Translations under genes and position numbers: made by a program
IMG/VR virus record: IMGVR_UViG_3300035050_000072
Span: 1-34,937 of that record
Source of the DNA: a virus
Lineage: Duplodnaviria; Caudoviricetes
Direction: 5' to 3' (one strand)
Length of the DNA stretch: 34,937 bases
Part shown: positions 34,385 to 34,937 of the stretch, in pieces
How positions within the stretch are numbered: the stretch's first letter is position 1
How the letters are laid out: the number at the start of each line of letters is the position of its first letter
The notes under the pieces: model-generated
What the model saw: the letters and a program-made list of their open reading frames with translations, nothing else
Told to the model about the DNA's origin: nothing
The model's database searches: none

Positions 34385-34937
34385 GACAGCGCCTCCATCT
34401 CTACAAATTCTCCGTTGTCGTCAAGGCGGTACCATGTTTCTGCTTTCAACTTCCCGTCAGACCCGTCCCCGCATCCAGTCTCGGCGCAACGCATTTCGCA
34501 ACGCTCTTCTTTCTCGTTCCACCATGCCAAGGCAATGCAACCGTACTTCCCGGCCATAGCTTTTGAATAAAGACCAGTGCATACCGCAGAGCTTGCCTCC
34601 CCGGTTGCCGAAGATGCGGAGCTGTCCCCGGTTGCCGAAGATGCGGAGCTGTACCCGGTTGCCGAAGATGCGGAGCTGTCCCCGGTTGCCGAAGATGCGG
34701 AGCTGTACCCGGTTGCCGAAGATGCGGACCTGTACCCGGTTGCCGAAGATGCGGACCTGTCCCCGGTTGCCGAAGATGCGGACCTGTCCCCGGTTGCCGA
34801 AGATGCGGACCTGTCCCCGGTTGCCGAAGATGCGGAGCTGTCCCCGGTTGCCGAAGATGCGGAGCTGTACCCGGTTGCCGAAGATGCGGAGCTGTCCCCG
34901 GTTGCCGAAGATGCGGAGCTGTACCCGGTTGCCGAAG
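34381..34937 (-). CDS. Phage protein with (G[DY][SR]SASSAT)n repeats, 5' part outside window
   Basis: Open frame through the array, then GEASSAVCTGLYSKAMAGKYGCIALAWW...KLKAETWYRLDDNGEFVEMEALS*; stop overlaps the ATPase start. Confidence 0.82.
   Translation of the reverse strand, partial: SATGYSSASSATGDSSASSATGYSSASSATGDSSASSATGDRSASSATGDRSASSATGDRSASSATGYRSASSATGYSSASSATGDSSASSATGYSSASSATGDSSASSATGEASSAVCTGLYSKAMAGKYGCIALAWWNEKEERCEMRCAETGCGDGSDGKLKAETWYRLDDNGEFVEMEALS
34601..34937. repeat. 27-bp tandem repeat, 12 full units plus a partial one
   Basis: Unit CCGGTTGCCGAAGATGCGGA[G/C]CTGT[C/A]C. Confidence 0.97.

Larger units (their letters stand above)
1..34937 (-). mobile_element. Siphophage/prophage genome segment (HK97-like head, lambda-like non-contractile tail); both ends lie outside the window
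   Basis: Colinear replication, packaging, head and tail modules; no sheath gene; no att site or integrase seen, so prophage versus free phage cannot be decided. Confidence 0.96.

Noticed and set aside
34601-34937. CRISPR array
   Set aside because: Units are head-to-tail with no unique spacers, the period is a multiple of 3 and the array lies in an open frame; no cas genes

Overview
A continuous segment of a lambdoid/HK97-type siphophage or prophage, almost all on the minus strand. In transcription order (right to left) the first module is early/replication: a 9-aa tandem-repeat protein truncated by the window edge, a Rad50/SbcC-like ATPase, ASCH, an amino-MTase, an SF2 helicase, DUF4406, VRR-NUC, a C5-MTase, an oppositely oriented hicAB cassette and a Toprim primase-helicase. 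An AT-rich ~700-bp origin-like region follows. Then come HNH/terS/terL, a portal with a C-terminal MuF-like extension, protease, HK97 capsid, decoration and neck genes. The tail module has a tail tube, G/GT chaperones with a -1 slippery site, a tape measure protein (TMP), two paralogous distal-tail (Dit) proteins carrying different adhesin-like domains (LamG, RCC1), a chaperone, DUF1833, NlpC/P60 and a J-like tip protein. The left end holds an antisense exported-protein moron, a holin-like peptide and a DUF1353 gene. No integrase, repressor, endolysin, RNA gene or CRISPR array is visible. All product calls come from motif recognition and synteny by eye, not from database searches. The most unusual items are the dual-adhesin Dit pair, a small membrane protein resembling the TMP C-terminus, a 246-codon antisense frame bridging hicAB exactly, the symmetric origin-like element, and a 27-bp array that varies at only two non-synonymous positions.
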